Program-made: the position numbers and the translations under genes
Source of the DNA: Auanema rhodensis
Taxonomy: Eukaryota; Animalia; Nematoda
Length of the DNA: 64,000 nt
Direction: 5' to 3'
Assembly: GCA_964057225.1 (NCBI GenBank)
Contig: OZ059894.1
Location: 17,174,001-17,238,000 of the forward strand
Shown here: positions 1-14,100 of the stretch, in pieces
Layout: every line of letters starts with the position of its first letter
Numbering within the stretch: position 1 is the first letter of the stretch
Notes under the pieces: generated by a model
Databases searched by the model: none
Told to the model about the DNA's origin: nothing
The model's input: only the letters and a program-made list of their open reading frames with translations

Positions 1-1710
1 TTTTCGAAATTTTAAATTTCTCTATGAACCATATTCGTACCTATCTTATATTGAACAATGAAAACGGGTTTTTCCATTGTTGGTGAACCAACGTACGGGA
101 ATTAAAGGATTAAATCTGAGAAAAAATGAAAATGAGTATAAAAAGTTGAGAAAATCTATAGGAAACTGGATTATTGGAAGTTTTTATCAAAAAAGTAATT
201 AATATTCTTCTCATTAAATATATATAAATATATATAGACATATAGATATATAGATAAAGAGATATTTTTAAGTAATAAAATTAAAAAAAAATTATTTTTA
301 TAGTAATTTACAAATAAAATTAAAAAATATAAACAAAAATAAATTGAAGAAAAATTAAAAAACATTGAAGAGAAATGCTTATTTCTTTTCAATTAAAACA
401 AAAAACTGAAGAAATATCGTTAAACAGGATATAAATACTGTAAAGGCAGACTATTCAGATTTTTTATTAATTATAAATTTATTTAAAGAGTGTACAGGGA
501 AGCTAATTAGCTATATATGATGATTAACTGTTATTATTATTTTTATTAAACTAACTGGAAATGAGTATATGCACAGGTGTAGTGTACTATGGTTCCGATA
601 AGAAGAACCATAAGATCTTTATGAGGCTCTATGATAAAAAAAAGATGAAAATACGAGAGAATTATCGGTCTTGTAACATCTGTGATACTTTTCAGATAAG
701 ACACTCTACAACTGCGTTCTTCGATATTGTCCAAGGCTGTTCACCATTTGCAGGTGTGAAAGCTGCAGCTTCTGCAAAGCTATATAAAAACTATTGAATG
801 ACATGTAAATCTCCTCGAAATACAACCATTTTTTGAAATTCATGAGTTTCTTTTGTAGATTCTTACAAATTTTATTACAAATCCAATAAGATTGATAGCA
901 TTCGCCAATGATTCTGCGATGAACTTTTTATAGAATCAACTTTTTTTCATGAAAGTTTTAGCATATCCGATTCATAATTGATTAGAACAATGAATTTTGA
1001 ATAAAATAATATATAGACAAATAGATTATTTGTAAAAGAAAGAAAGTAAGAAAAGTGAAAGTACTGATATGTTTTGATAATATTATAACAGGAAAGATGG
1101 CATATGAATTAGAACAAGAAATAATATAATTCTTTTTGGGTACTTTTGAATAGCTAAGAAGCTATAATCTTTGATCTTCTCACATATATTTTCAAATAAA
1201 AATAGTGAAAGATTCTGAAAATCTAGAATCATAAAAAAGCTTGAAATACATATAGTTACATCATAAAGAAAAATGAAAGTTGTTGCAATTAGAAGCGATA
1301 CATGATACATTATGATCTAGTAGAATTTTGTACTAATTTTTAATTATTTCACCATTTACAAGACAAGAAAAGGTGAAAAATATTGGAAACATGAATAATT
1401 TTTGTTAAAAAAAAAAGGAAAATCGCTAAGCTTGAATGGTAAACTCTATCTTTTCGGGATTTGTGAGGATTATCTATCAAATATGGGAATTCTTATTCAG
1501 TTGAATTTAATAAACCTCCGATGATACAGGACAATGTTCTGATTCAAAGTTTCAAAAAAATGACTTCCTTAGCAAAAATTCTGCTAGATCCATTTATTCG
1601 GTATTGAACAAGCTAATCTTATAGAAAAAAAGAAGGCCTTCTACGAACTAGTGTCGCTTGGCGCCCCGAAACCTGCGTCAGGTTCCAGGTTCTTGCATAC
1701 GCCCTGCAAG

Positions 1711-1717
1711 TATATAA
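1711..1717 (+). promoter_or_regulatory. TATA box of APAPVYS-repeat gene copy 1 (copy 2 at 4515-4521)
   Basis: GTATATAAGG about 400 bp upstream of the ATG. A TTTCTTCTAG acceptor at 2091-2100, just before the ATG, fits an outron / trans-splice arrangement (inference). Confidence 0.55.
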
Positions 1718-2117
1718 GGCCACTGATTGCCCACAAGAACAAGCCACATCGAGCAGTTCGAGCTTTCCAAAGCATCAGCATTTCTTAAGAATTTACTGAT
1801 CTATCAGAGAGTTTACAGAACCATGTAATCCATAAGGCTTTTAAACGTATATCTGACTTAGTTTGAATTTGTTATTCGTTCCACTTCCATTTCTGAAAAG
1901 AAAATCTGTAATAATCGTACTTCTTCTAAATCTTTTCACTTCGGCTTTATAATCAAGCCAACACGACTACCTTCACAACTATTCTTTCCTGAATTTTCTT
2001 GTATTTTCAAAGAACTACACATACATATTTCCTTTCCTTTACAAAGATTTTCTCAATATTCTTTCCACTAATATTAATTTTCTAAAATATTTTCTTCTAG
2101 ACTTACTTTTCTTCAAC

Positions 2118-2994
2118 ATGCAATTCGTCATTGTCGCCCTTGCCCTTGTCGCTGGAAGCAACGCTTTCCTTTTCGGAGGTAGCGGATGCGGGTATGAAGC
2201 TTTCTTACCGTTTTTAGCAACTCACTTCGCTTATTTCAGAGGAGGATGCGGAGGATGCGGAGGAGGACTTTCACTTCCATCTCTTCCAGCTCTTCACCTT
2301 CCATCCCTTGGAGGAGGATGCGGAGGAGGATGCGGAGCTGCCCCAAGCCCATGTGGAGCCCCAGCCCCAGTTGCCGGTGGATGCGGAGCCGCCCCAGCTG
2401 CTTCTGGATGTGGAGGAGGGTACGAAATCCGCCTTATAAAATCTTCAAAACTGTACTGATATTTAGATTCGCTGCTCCAGCCCCAGCTCCAGTCTATAGC
2501 GCCCCAGTTCCAGCCCCAGCCCCAGTCTACAGCGCTCCAGCCCCAGCCCCAGTCTACAGCGCTCCAGCCCCAGCCCCAGTTTACAGCGCTCCAGCTCCAG
2601 CTCCAGTCTTCAGCGCTCCAGCCCCAGTTGCCGCTCCTGTATACACCCAACAAGTCTCTGCCCCAGTTGCCGCTCCAGTATACACCCAACAAGCCCCAGT
2701 AGCCGCTCCAGTATACGCCCCAGCTTCTGTTCAATCTGCTCCAGTCAGCTCTGGATTCGGAGGATACGCTTCTGCCCCAGTTGGAGCCGGAGCTGCCCCA
2801 CTCCCAGTTTCCGGAGGATACGCCGCCCCAGTCCAATCCACCTTCGCTGAATCAGTTATCGCCCCAGCCGCTGCTCCAGCTCCAGCTCCAGTCTACCAAC
2901 CAGCCGCTCAAGTCGCCGGAGGAGTAAGTTACCTAAATTGACTATCCTAACTATATTTCATAATTTTCAGAGCTACGTTGTCGGAAGAAAGTAA
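2118..2994 (+). CDS. Secreted Gly/Cys-rich + (APAPVYS)n Pro/Ala-rich structural protein (cuticle/eggshell-like), copy 1, 4 exons
   Basis: Signal peptide MQFVIVALALVAGSNA, GGCGG repeats, then APAPAPVYS repeats. Three short GT-AG introns join the ORF-track frames. Last exon SYVVGRK* at 2971-2994, with AATAAA about 45 nt downstream. Confidence 0.88.
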
Positions 2995-3569
2995 ATTTAC
3001 TTCATATTTCAAAGATTTATCCTATATGTACATTTCGTGAATAAACAGATTTTCACTTATTAATTTCTTAATTTACATTCAACGATCAACATGAAAAGCC
3101 TTGAAAATAATTTAAAAATGAACAATCACACTGAAATGACTTTGAATATTACAAGGATATTCAACATTTAATTCTCCTTATAAATTTTTATTTATTTTGA
3201 ACTTTTTAGTCAATTTATACATATTATGTTCAAAATTGACTAAAAAGTTCAAAATAAAGTTCAACATATCTTATTCAATATCTTGTTATTCCTTCAAAAA
3301 TAATCTGTCGAGTTTATAGATTTTTTCTTCATTGATCAAATTTAAATGAAAAAATTAGCATATGTTATATGTTCTATTCTTCTTGTAAAATTTATGTGAT
3401 CAGTTGGATTTGTTACACGTTCAACATCCCCATCTGTTTTGTACATTGCATAGTTTATAAACTTATTATGTGATTATATAGTTATTAGTTCTATATAAAT
3501 ATCGGTGAACAAGAAAACTGGCTAAGACGTTGCGTGGCATGATTGCTATAGATTAACGTAAGAGGAAGT

Positions 3570-3740
3570 AACATATTTCATAAGAACAGCGGGAACTAGG
3601 TATAGGTCCATGGACTGTGACGATCGAAATACGTGAAAGATGGTGTGGTAATCTCAAAATCTATGGATATTTCAGAAGCTTGATGTCGGTATTTAGAAGT
3701 GACACTGGAGTGATGTAGGTGAGAAAGCTGGGTTTGAAGA
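3570..3740 (-). mobile_element. Degenerate non-LTR (LINE) reverse transcriptase relic
   Basis: Minus strand reads YITPVSLLNTDIKLLKYP*ILRLPHHLSRISIVTVHGPIPSSR. This resembles the LINE RT motif YRPISLLNTDYKLL...RL..HL..I...Q.GF.P.R, with an in-frame stop. Confidence 0.45.
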
Positions 3741-4324
3741 GTTAGAAGTAATCAACTTCTGGAATAATATACGTTGAACAATATTAATCTGACCATCGGA
3801 GCAGATACTAAGGAATACACAAGTAGTAACCTGAAGTAATGAAAATCCCATGAGAATACTGAAGTTTGTTCGAATGAAATGATGAAGCAATTTATCTTCT
3901 TTTTTCTAAAATATTCATTTCTAATATATATATGTATATATATATATATATATTATTTTATTATTTATGTTTGTATACAATATAATCTTATTTAATCATT
4001 TTAATAATCTTAATAATCTTAATATAATAAAAATTCATGAAACAATATGTTATATATCTTTCATCAAATCTTATTAATTGACGTAGTTTTCGCAATCGAG
4101 CAGTTCAGCGTTGATGTTTGAAAAAGTGGTAAATGCGAAGAAATGTCGCAACCCTACAAAGACATTGAGCTTCACTTCCAGTTCATAATGACACCGGATA
4201 CGGAATCTTTCTGCTTGTTCTTAAAAAAACTCGAAGGAAAGAATTTATCAATGAAAAAATTCTTAATAATTCTAACTGACTACGCATAGAAACCCTATGT
4301 CATCAACGTAATTGGTCACGATCA

Positions 4325-6125
4325 ATGATACAGGACAATGTTCTGATTCAAAGTTTCAAAAAAATGACTTCCTTAGCAAAAATTCTGCTAGATCCATTTA
4401 TTCGGTATTGAACAAGCTAATCTTATAGAAAAAAAGAAGGCCTTCTACGAACTAGTGTCGCTTGGCGCCCCGAAACCTGCGTCAGGTTCCAGGTTCTTGC
4501 ATACGCCCTGCAAGTATATAAGGCCACTGATTGCCCACAAGAACAAGCCACATCGAGCAGTTCGAGCTTTCCAAAGCATCAGCATTTCTTAAGAATTTAC
4601 TGATCTATCAGAGAGTTTACAGAACCATGTAATCCATAAGGCTTTTAAACGTATATCTGACTTAGTTTGAATTTGTTATTCGTTCCACTTCCATTTCTGA
4701 AAAGAAAATCTGTAATAATCGTACTTCTTCTAAATCTTTTCACTTCGGCTTTATAATCAAGCCAACACGACTACCTTCACAACTATTCTTTCCTGAATTT
4801 TCTTGTATTTTCAAAGAACTACACATACATATTTCCTTTCCTTTACAAAGATTTTCTCAATATTCTTTCCACTAATATTAATTTTCTAAAATATTTTCTT
4901 CTAGACTTACTTTTCTTCAACATGCAATTCGTCATTGTCGCCCTTGCCCTTGTCGCTGGAAGCAACGCTTTCCTTTTCGGAGGTAGCGGATGCGGGTATG
5001 AAGCTTTCTTACCGTTTTTAGCAACTCACTTCGCTTATTTCAGAGGAGGATGCGGAGGATGCGGAGGAGGACTTTCACTTCCATCTCTTCCAGCTCTTCA
5101 CCTTCCATCCCTTGGAGGAGGATGCGGAGGAGGATGCGGAGCTGCCCCAAGCCCATGTGGAGCCCCAGCCCCAGTCGCCGGTGGATGCGGAGCCGCCCCA
5201 GCTGCTTCTGGATGTGGAGGAGGGTACGAAATCCGCCTTATAAAATCTTCAAAACTGTACTGATATTTAGATTCGCTGCTCCAGCCCCAGCTCCAGTCTA
5301 TAGCGCCCCAGTTCCAGCCCCAGCCCCAGTCTACAGCGCTCCAGCCCCAGCCCCAGTCTACAGCGCTCCAGCTCCAGCTCCAGTCTACAGCGCTCCAGCT
5401 CCAGCTCCAGTCTTCAGCGCTCCAGCTCCAGTAGCCGCTCCAGTATACACCCAACAAGTCTCTGCCCCAGTTGCCGCTCCAGTATACACCCAACAAGCCC
5501 CAGTAGCCGCTCCAGTATACGCCCCAGCTTCTGTTCAATCTGCTCCAGTCAGCTCTGGATTCGGAGGATACGCTTCTGCCCCAGTTGGAGCCGGAGCTGC
5601 CCCACTCCCAGTTTCCGGAGGATACGCCGCCCCAGTCCAATCCACCTTCGCTGAATCAGTTATCGCCCCAGCCGCTGCTCCAGCTCCAGCTCCAGTCTAC
5701 CAACCAGCCGCTCAAGTCGCCGGAGGAGTAAGTTACCTAAATTGACTATCCTAACTATATTTCATAATTTTCAGAGCTACGTTGTCGGAAGAAAGTAAAT
5801 TTACTTCATATTTCAAAGATTTATCCTATATGTACATTTCGTGAATAAACAGATTTTCACTTATTAATTTCTTAATTTACATTCAACGATCAACATGAAA
5901 AGCCTTGAAAATAATTTAAAAATGAACAATCACACTGAAATGACTTTGAATATTACAAGGATATTCAACATTTAATTCTCCTTATAAATTTTTATTTATT
6001 TTGAACTTTTTAGTCAATTTATACATATTATGTTCAAAATTGACTAAAAAGTTCAAAATAAAGTTCAACATATCTTATTCAATATCTTGTTATTCCTTCA
6101 AAAATAATCTGTCGAGTTTATAGAT
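4325..6125 (+). repeat. Tandem segmental duplication, copy 2
   Basis: Direct repeat of 1521-3321. Confidence 0.95.
4922..5798 (+). CDS. Secreted Gly/Cys-rich + (APAPVYS)n structural protein, copy 2
   Basis: Same exon structure and predicted protein as copy 1. Confidence 0.88.
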
Positions 6126-7014
6126 ATCTTAATGAAACAATATGTTATATATCTTTCATCAAATCTTATTAATTGGCGTAGTTTTCCCAGTCGAGCAGTT
6201 CAGCGTTGATGTTCAAAAGACTATTTATCCACGGTACGCTCCTGTTTGCCTCCTTTTATCGATCTTTAGAGAAGCATAGAAAAGGTTCTCTTATACTAAC
6301 CTTTTTCTTTTCTACTCTCTTATCTTTTCAATGTTGAATATTATTCTCTGTTAGTCATTTCTATCTGTGTCCACAAACCGAGAAATGCTATATCCCTTTC
6401 TACTCGATATACCTCTTGTATGTCCATGTATCCCTGCCCCCTTCTTCTATTCTACTTCACCGGTCATCGTTCGACAGATAGATTGACTGTTCACATATAA
6501 GCTGCACATATTGATGCTGCTCCCTATCGACGTTTTTCAGAAGTAATATACTTCGATAGTTCAATTTCGACTGTATTTTCACTATGTGTAGATTCATTTG
6601 AAGTTTGTTTTTTGTTGTTTGAATATTATTCCCAAAATATTATAGAAAAATATTTTACGGTTGTAGTACTGTATTCTATACTTTTCTTCATAAGTTCTCT
6701 TATAAATATTCAAGATATAATACCTGAATTCACCCTCAGAAACGTGTTTTTTAACCTTGTGTCAGATAACCTAGAGAGGTCTATTTGCTAATCTGTAGAA
6801 AATCTAGCTGGTCATTTATGGGAACAAGCCACTTCCATGTCTATGCAAACATCATCAATGCATAATCTAAATTTTTCCGAACTCACAATATTTCATCACC
6901 TTCGCTATATTTCGAACTTTAATCGTATGTCCTGGTCAATTTATACCTTTTCTAGAACGAATTGTGCTGCTGGAATTCTTCAAACTAAGTTAAAGGACAG
7001 TTTAAGTTTTAAAA

Positions 7015-7905
7015 ATGTTTCGAAGCATTCTATACACTCTGGTATTACTATCCTTCCCTTTATCAATTTGGCCATTACGAAGTAATTAAAAAAAAAAAGA
7101 TTTTTGTCCAATTATCTTTCGACTTACAGATAAATGCTACAGCTGCGCTTCGACAAACATGAAATCGGTACTAATTTAATCTTACTTGTTTAAAAGAAGG
7201 AAAAAAACTGTTCTTTTCTTTTATTTGTCTTGGCATTTTAATTTTTTTTGTAGAACTTTCTAACAAAACAACGTGGTCCACCAAATAGATTAACGGAGCC
7301 AAGAACATTTGATAATAATTGTAATGGGGATACATGGATAATAAAGGTTAGTTGGTGGATTTTTTAAAAGTTAAATATTTATTTAATTCCTGAATTTCTT
7401 GTTTTTTATTAAATTTTAAAGAAATATATATAAGATCATGTGATGTACAGACATGTATGTATTTTATATTGGATATTGTGGAGTTTTCACATTGAAATAT
7501 CTTTAGGAGCGTAGCACAGATGAATGTGATGGACCATGCTTCAAATGGCAACAAAGTTTGAATAATTCTGGTAATAATAATATTTCTATAATAATACTAT
7601 TTTAATTATATTTTAGGCTCATATACTACTATGACATTTCGTGGATGTTATTCAAAATTCTATAATATGATGGATCCCAATACTATTCGTCCACCAAATC
7701 ATTCATTTTGCACTGTTGGAGAGGTAAAACTAATAATATTCCTTTTTGAAATAAATTTTTATTGAAGGTACCATTAGCTTGTTTATCCGATGCTTCAGTA
7801 ATTGAATATAGTTGTTGGTGTGATGGGGATTACTGTAATTATTCTTCAAAATTTTATTTTTCACTATTATCAACTATTATTCCTTTGATTTATATCTTTT
7901 TGTGA
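7015..7905 (+). CDS. Ly-6/uPAR (three-finger) superfamily protein, ODR-2/HOT- or quiver-like, probably GPI-anchored; 6 exons
   Basis: Spliced translation MFRSILYTLVLLSFPLSIWPLRNKCYSCASTNM...FDNNC...ECDGPCFKW...TFRGCY...FC...LAC...SCWCDGDYCN followed by a hydrophobic tail. The CxxC ... CxCxxDYCN cysteine pattern is typical of this family. Introns are GT-AG. Confidence 0.85.
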
Positions 7906-8147
7906 AGCATAGAAAATATTAACCTTTTTTTTTAATTTTTTTCTAGATATTTGCATAATTTGCTCAATACATTTCTGATCCTCAGTATTACAAATGACAG
8001 ATAATTATTAATGCTTTAGTCAAATTTCATGAATTTGACCTTATTTCCCTTTGTGATATTTTTAACAAAAAATATGTTTAATTTAAAAAAAAAAAGCAAA
8101 ATTTATTCAATGTACATAAATAATTTGATTGCAAAAATATTTTAATG

Positions 8148-11100
8148 TTAACTTCGAAACCCTAGCAATTTTTCTGATTCTGAGAGAAGTATTGAAGCAT
8201 CTTGGAGTTGACGATCCGTTTCTGTTCCTTCATCATCATCATCACTTAAATCTTGAGCCCGTGATGCAGTTAAAGGTGATAATACTGTTTCTTCCTCATC
8301 TGAATGAGAGTAATATTCTGCTTCTACATTTACCTATAAAATATTTAAACTATTATATTGCTTATGAAGTATATAATACCTTTATGAAACGTGAAGACGA
8401 TGGATCTTCTGCCTGTATAACAGCATTCAACCTTACAGCTAACATAGAGAATGATGGTCTTTGATTGGCAAAATGATGCCAATACTGTTTGATTAGTTGA
8501 TACCTAAATAATATTAGAAAATATATATTTCTAAATGTAAACAGTACATATCTGATGAACAACATTCCGGCTTATCGAGCCTAAAACCTTTTTCCAATGC
8601 TGATTGTACCGCTCCTGTTTCTAAGTTATGATATGGAAGTCCTCCTATTGTTAAAATTTCCCATGCTACAACTCCAAAAGACCATCTATGTTTAAGAAAC
8701 TCAGTATAATTTCGAATAAAATTTGAACAAAATCTTACACATCACTTCTACGTGTTGGAAATTCTCCTTTCAAAACTTCCAGAGCTGTCCAACGTATCAT
8801 ATCTTCTTGTATTGGCCACCTTCAATTTACAAAATAATGATCCTTTTTGAATTTTTGAATCAAAATAACCTTATTCCACACGATTCTTTTTGTGTTTGAC
8901 CAAAATCTGTGATTTTAATTGAATGATCTTGTGTTACTAGAATATGCTTTGAATTTAAAGCTCCATGAACTAATGCTTGTGAACTTAGATAAACCTGAAA
9001 AGCATTAAAAATATATTTTTAAAGTTTTTTTTTTGAATTTTATTACCATTCCTGAACAAACTTGACTACACATACGATGAAGATCTCTTGTTGATAAAAC
9101 CATATTGAAATCAACGTCAGATATATTAACTAAATCTCCGTTCAAATCAATTCCTTTTTCTTGTAACTAAATATTTGTTTTTTGAATATTAAAATTATAA
9201 AATATTTTACTTCAATCATATATTTTCTTCTTTTACTTAAATATCGTTTCAAATTTCCATATGCACAATATTCTGTCACCAATAATACACATTCTTGTAA
9301 TGGAACAACTCCTGAAATTTGATTGATTGAAGAGAAGTTTTGGCAATTTTCGAAAACCGATAAGGCATGTAATACAAGGATGTCGTCCAACCATTTTTGT
9401 TCCTTCAATTTCATCGAAAATTCCTTTTCTTGATGCTTTATCAGCATAATCTCCAGCTTTTGCTGCTACTCTTCCCTTTTCATCAAGTATGACAGGCCCT
9501 TGTGCTGGTAGATAGTCTCGCTTCATGAAAGCTGAAATATTATATATTTGTAATTAAATTCAAATTATATGAATTAACCTAAATAAACCATTCCAAATCT
9601 ACCATTTCCTAATAGCTGATCCCAGCAGACAGTTAAATGATTTTCATCAATTTGCCAAATATCACTAAAGAAGTTTCAATTCTGAGAAGAATCCAAATGC
9701 AAAATATTTACGTTTCTCGTTTTCTTTTTCGGAATCTTAGACGTCCAGTAACGCATTTATAAATTACTATAGTTAATAAAAACATAAAAAGAATAAATAA
9801 CAGTAATGTATATCCAACTATAGTTCGAACACGTGGTGAAGAAAATGGTAATCTACCTAATGTTGCTGAAACAATATTATATAAACATTAATCTCAAATG
9901 TGAAAAACAAATATGTTTATAAAATCATTTGAAATAAAGGTTTACCAAATAAAAATTCTGCAGATATGCTGTTTCCAAGACCAGCAAGGGGAGGTAATTC
10001 ATACATTGGACTCATCACCAAGCACAGTTGTACTCCATAACGATAATCTTCTAAGTTACTAAAGATAATTGAATAATCATTATCCTAAATGAAGAAAATT
10101 ATTTTTTATTACTTTGATTTGTTTTTCTTACATAGACAGTACAATTCCTTTGTGGAAGACAAAAACGTTTTCTTTTAGCTCTAGATAACTTGATCACACA
10201 ATGTTTTTCATGTAAATGATAAGTTTCTTCGCATGGACCTGAAAACATTTTGGTAAACGTTAACGTATGTAATGAATACTAACCAAAGAAAGCAATTAGA
10301 TATTTGGCTTTGGGATATTCAGCAAGTTTTTTTTGTTTCAACTTTAGTTCCACATGAGCTTTCTTACCGTCGTCATGTTTTTGAAAATAATGATGATATC
10401 CTTTCATAACATGACATATCGTCTGATGATCAACTAAGAATATGTTATATTGTATAATTATTGTATTAAAATAAATTAAAAATTACTTTTTATAGCATTT
10501 GTACAAGAAGCCTCTAAAACTTTTTCGCAAGCAAAAGTAATATTTAAAGATTTATAACTAGTAAGAGGAATTAATTGTTTACAATCCCGATGATACAGAC
10601 TTTTTATCTGAAAATTTGAAGAAAAATAAAAAAATAAAAACCTTTTAGATATTACCGTAAATTCATATGTTGATCTATATAGCATATTAATTTCATCAAA
10701 TAGAAAAGTAGCTATAAGAGACCAGCTGTGATCTCTTCTAATATAATTAATAGCCTGCGATAAATTGTTTTATACTTATATGATATAGTTAATTACGCTT
10801 AATGTGGGTGGATTTCGTTCAAGGAATAAGCTGTCATGTGATGTTGGTATCCAATCAATTGCTATTGAAGATTCATTTTTCAAAATATCAAAAGTTGATA
10901 AGTCAGTAATATTAAAATCTAAAAAAATTAATAAGTTTAGCTTAAATTTATATTTATTGTAAATTACTTTTCATAGATATTTCTAAACTCATTTCTATTG
11001 TAGCATTTTTGCCTCGAATAGCTGTTCGACGCATCTTTCGGTATAATCCAATTGTCGTTGTTGGACGACAGGATGATTTCGGAACACAGGGGCATTGAGA

Positions 11101-11160
11101 AGAAAATGAGTATATAACTCCAAAAGAGAAACAAAAGAGAACGAACAGATAATTTTTCAT
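8148..11160 (-). CDS. Single-pass receptor tyrosine kinase-like protein (nematode KIN-15/KIN-16-like), predicted pseudokinase; multi-exon
   Basis: Signal peptide at 11160, Cys-containing ectodomain, TM segment IVGYTLLLFILLCFLLTIVIY. Kinase motifs [73 protein letters not shown]. Acidic tail ends LLGFRS* (stop at 8148-8150). Confidence 0.85.
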
Positions 11161-14100
11161 GTGGGTGGACTGTAATTGTCTTTTCCAAAACTTAATTTTT
11201 CGATTTACAAAATGAAAATTAGTGTTGTTAAAATGCTAGAAAATAATCAATAAATTTGAATTTTTAATGTTTTTGACAGAAAATATTTAATTTTATAATC
11301 GTAATACAAATTGTAATCAATAATTAGAAACAAAATTAAAAGTTAATAAATCTGAATGAAATGCTCAGATTAATGCTGTATGGATGACGGCTGACCTAAA
11401 CATTTCAAGAAATATTATTGCCGAGTTTTGTCTTCTGTTAGATAAACCGATAGAGATCTGCAACGAAATCGGAAACCCTGTGAAAATTGGAAGAAAGAGT
11501 AGTCGGACTGGATACTTTGACCCCTGAAGCCGGTTGTGCTCAAGAGCTTGAGGGTGGCAATCCAAATATGAAGCGAGCGAAAAGATGAAATTCTGAACGC
11601 TAAAGAGTAAGCTTCATTTTTTGAAATACCCAAGCCGGAATGTATAACTTCGAAGAAGCTTCTGTATTTGGTTGAAAATATTGATATGTGATATAGAGCA
11701 TATCTCGAGTTCCACATATCCGAAAAGACGCAGTTTATACACGTTTCTGCTGGTATTTTTTCAACAGAAAAAGGAAAAGCTGAAAAAAAAACAATTATAT
11801 TGACAAAATAAGGAAAATGTCTTGTGATCCTGAGAGCGAACTTCAAGTGGAATATCTAAGGTTTGTAATGCCTTCATGCAAACAGAAGCAGAAAACGAAA
11901 ATATTTCTACTTGAGAGGGTTCTATTTCGTTTTTCGAAGACAATTCTGATTTAGAAATCACTTTGTTATGGACAGAATTTTTAAATTTTAAATTAGTATA
12001 GTACCATTCAACGTACATGCTGTTCCCTTGAACAGTATATCTCATTGTCTCTTCAGTTTTATTATTTTTTATTCAATGAACACATTGTATTAAATGATGA
12101 ATAATAAATATGTAACTACATAACAACTATACAGATATTTTATGAAAAATAAAATAATTTATTCGAAAAAACCTAATTTATATTTTAACTTAAACTATAT
12201 TATATAATCATAGAAGTCTATTTTATCTTTTTTATAGTTAAAAAATATAATTTTTAGTTTATACACATATATGTATATTCTCTTCAAGTATGTATGCTCA
12301 TATATGTATATGTATGTATGTGTAGGTAGATGCAAAAGTCGATAACAAAACTGATAACAATATTTTTTGATTGAAAAATTTTAATATATCATCATCATTA
12401 TTATTATTATTATAACTATATTTTTCACAATTTAAAACAAAATAAACATATTTCTTCTAAAACATGCAACTGATTCTAGTTGAAAAATGTTTTTTAAAAT
12501 AATTCATATAGTTATTTCCAAAATTTATGATAATCAAATAATAATGTTATTTCTAACTAATATAACTAAAAAAAACATTATTCCATTGAATTTCGCAATT
12601 ACATACATACTTCAGAATGTTTTGATTGAGTTCCTGATTGAGTTGAGCCAGACACATAAAAAAATGAATTTTGAGCATATTCAAGTACCCTCATATATTA
12701 GTAAGAATTAAAATCAGAAATCGTTGATGCACTTGTATCTCTACCATGCTTTTTTTAATTCCGAATTTGAAATTTCCTATAAACTTTGTAAAAAATATTC
12801 TACACTCTGTTCTCAACAATGCTATCCTAATAAGTATATGTATATGTATCATCAATAGGCTATTACATATATAAGTTAAAATACTCAAATATGATTTCAA
12901 AATTACTTCAAATAAGCTTTTTATTTCAATATACATATGTATAGACATACAAATGCATATATGTACATATGTTAAACAAAATATTTTGTCTATAAAACTC
13001 TAAAAGATATATTGAATTCAGATATCAACCGTTCTTCATAATAATTCGAATATACATAAATGACACTGTTTGGAAAAGTGAACTCACGTCAGTATGCTAA
13101 TTCGAAAACAAATTCAAGAATTTCGTTGCACTATTACATCGAAATGAGCAGTTTTATGAATGAAAGATGCTCAAATATGATTTTAAAATTACGTCAAATA
13201 GCTAAAGCAAAATGTTAGAACTTTATTTCAACTTTAAGACTTTTCATATGAATATAATATAAATTTAGGAAAAAACAATGTTGCTGCATACAAGAAACAT
13301 TGCAATCTTCATTCGTACTCATACATACATATCTATATATCTATGTTGTATCTTGTATATACAAGATACAAACAAATACATGTATGTTTATGTTTGCTCT
13401 TTAAAACTCATTATAATTAATTTTTGGAAGTTTTAATATTAAATCATATCAACGTTTTAAAGGAAAAGTTGACAAAAAAATATACGAAGCTTTTATTTGC
13501 CGTATCTATACGAGTGTCCATACGTGTCAAAAGATTCCATATAAGAGACACACAATGAAGAATATCCGATGCTGACATCATTCTACTAAATGTATCCAAG
13601 ATTAGCAATTGTCCTCCTCATATCTGGAAGAATACTAGCGATTGGAATTTTAATTTAATAGAATTCTGAGAGAGCGGAAGAGATAGAAAGAGAGGGAAAG
13701 GGTCAAACAATGAGATTGTTATATAGAACGAAGAGAGAAAAAGTTTTTTTTCAATGAAATTGAGAGAGGGTGGACCAAATAGTAATTATTTCAGAAGAAG
13801 AAAGAAAAATATCTTATACTAATACTTTCATAAAGATAAACTCTCGAACTTCAATCAAACTTTATGAAAAAAAACTAGATGATAGATGATAGATCAATAT
13901 GCACTATGTTATGAAAATATAATATATGAAAATTCTTCAATAGACTCTGTCCATCATTCTTCTTTCTACAAATCTATCTTGATCTTATGTAGCGAATGAA
14001 TAAAATTTTTTACGTTCTCGTCGTTGTCGTATTCTTCTGAACCATGTCCTCGTGTATAAGCTTAAGCTCAAGGGGGCGTGTCAGTTTTACAGCTCGCTAC

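Larger units (their letters stand above)
1521..3321 (+). repeat. Tandem segmental duplication, copy 1 (1.8 kb, near-identical to 4325-6125)
   Basis: Sequence from ATGATACAGGACAATG (1521) to GTCGAGTTTATAGAT (3321) recurs at an offset of 2804 bp. The only differences seen are a few synonymous changes in the coding sequence. Confidence 0.95.

Noticed and set aside
546-1000. Exon-like fragments on the + strand (IRHSTTAFFDIVQGCSPF...)
   Set aside because: Some splice-like signals are present, but I could not build a stop-free model or recognise a family. Possibly a pseudogene.
2246-5640. Arg-rich ORF starts (2246, 5050) and Trp/Gly-rich minus-strand ORFs (2294-2836, 5098-5640)
   Set aside because: Off-frame and antisense shadows of the spliced GGC/APAP gene.
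2118-5798. tRNA-Pro array as a dedicated supply for the neighbouring Pro-rich genes
   Set aside because: Those genes use CCA almost exclusively, which is read mainly by tRNA-Pro(TGG) rather than the amplified AGG/IGG isoacceptor. Genomic proximity does not matter for cytosolic supply.
6837-7010. 82-aa ORF / possible second LINE relic (NFSELTIFHHLR...NCAAGI)
   Set aside because: The similarity needs frameshifts and is too weak to call by eye, and the ORF overlaps the Ly-6 gene start in another frame.
11365-12045. Overlapping minus-strand ORFs upstream of the kinase gene
   Set aside because: No recognisable motif or consistent splice model.
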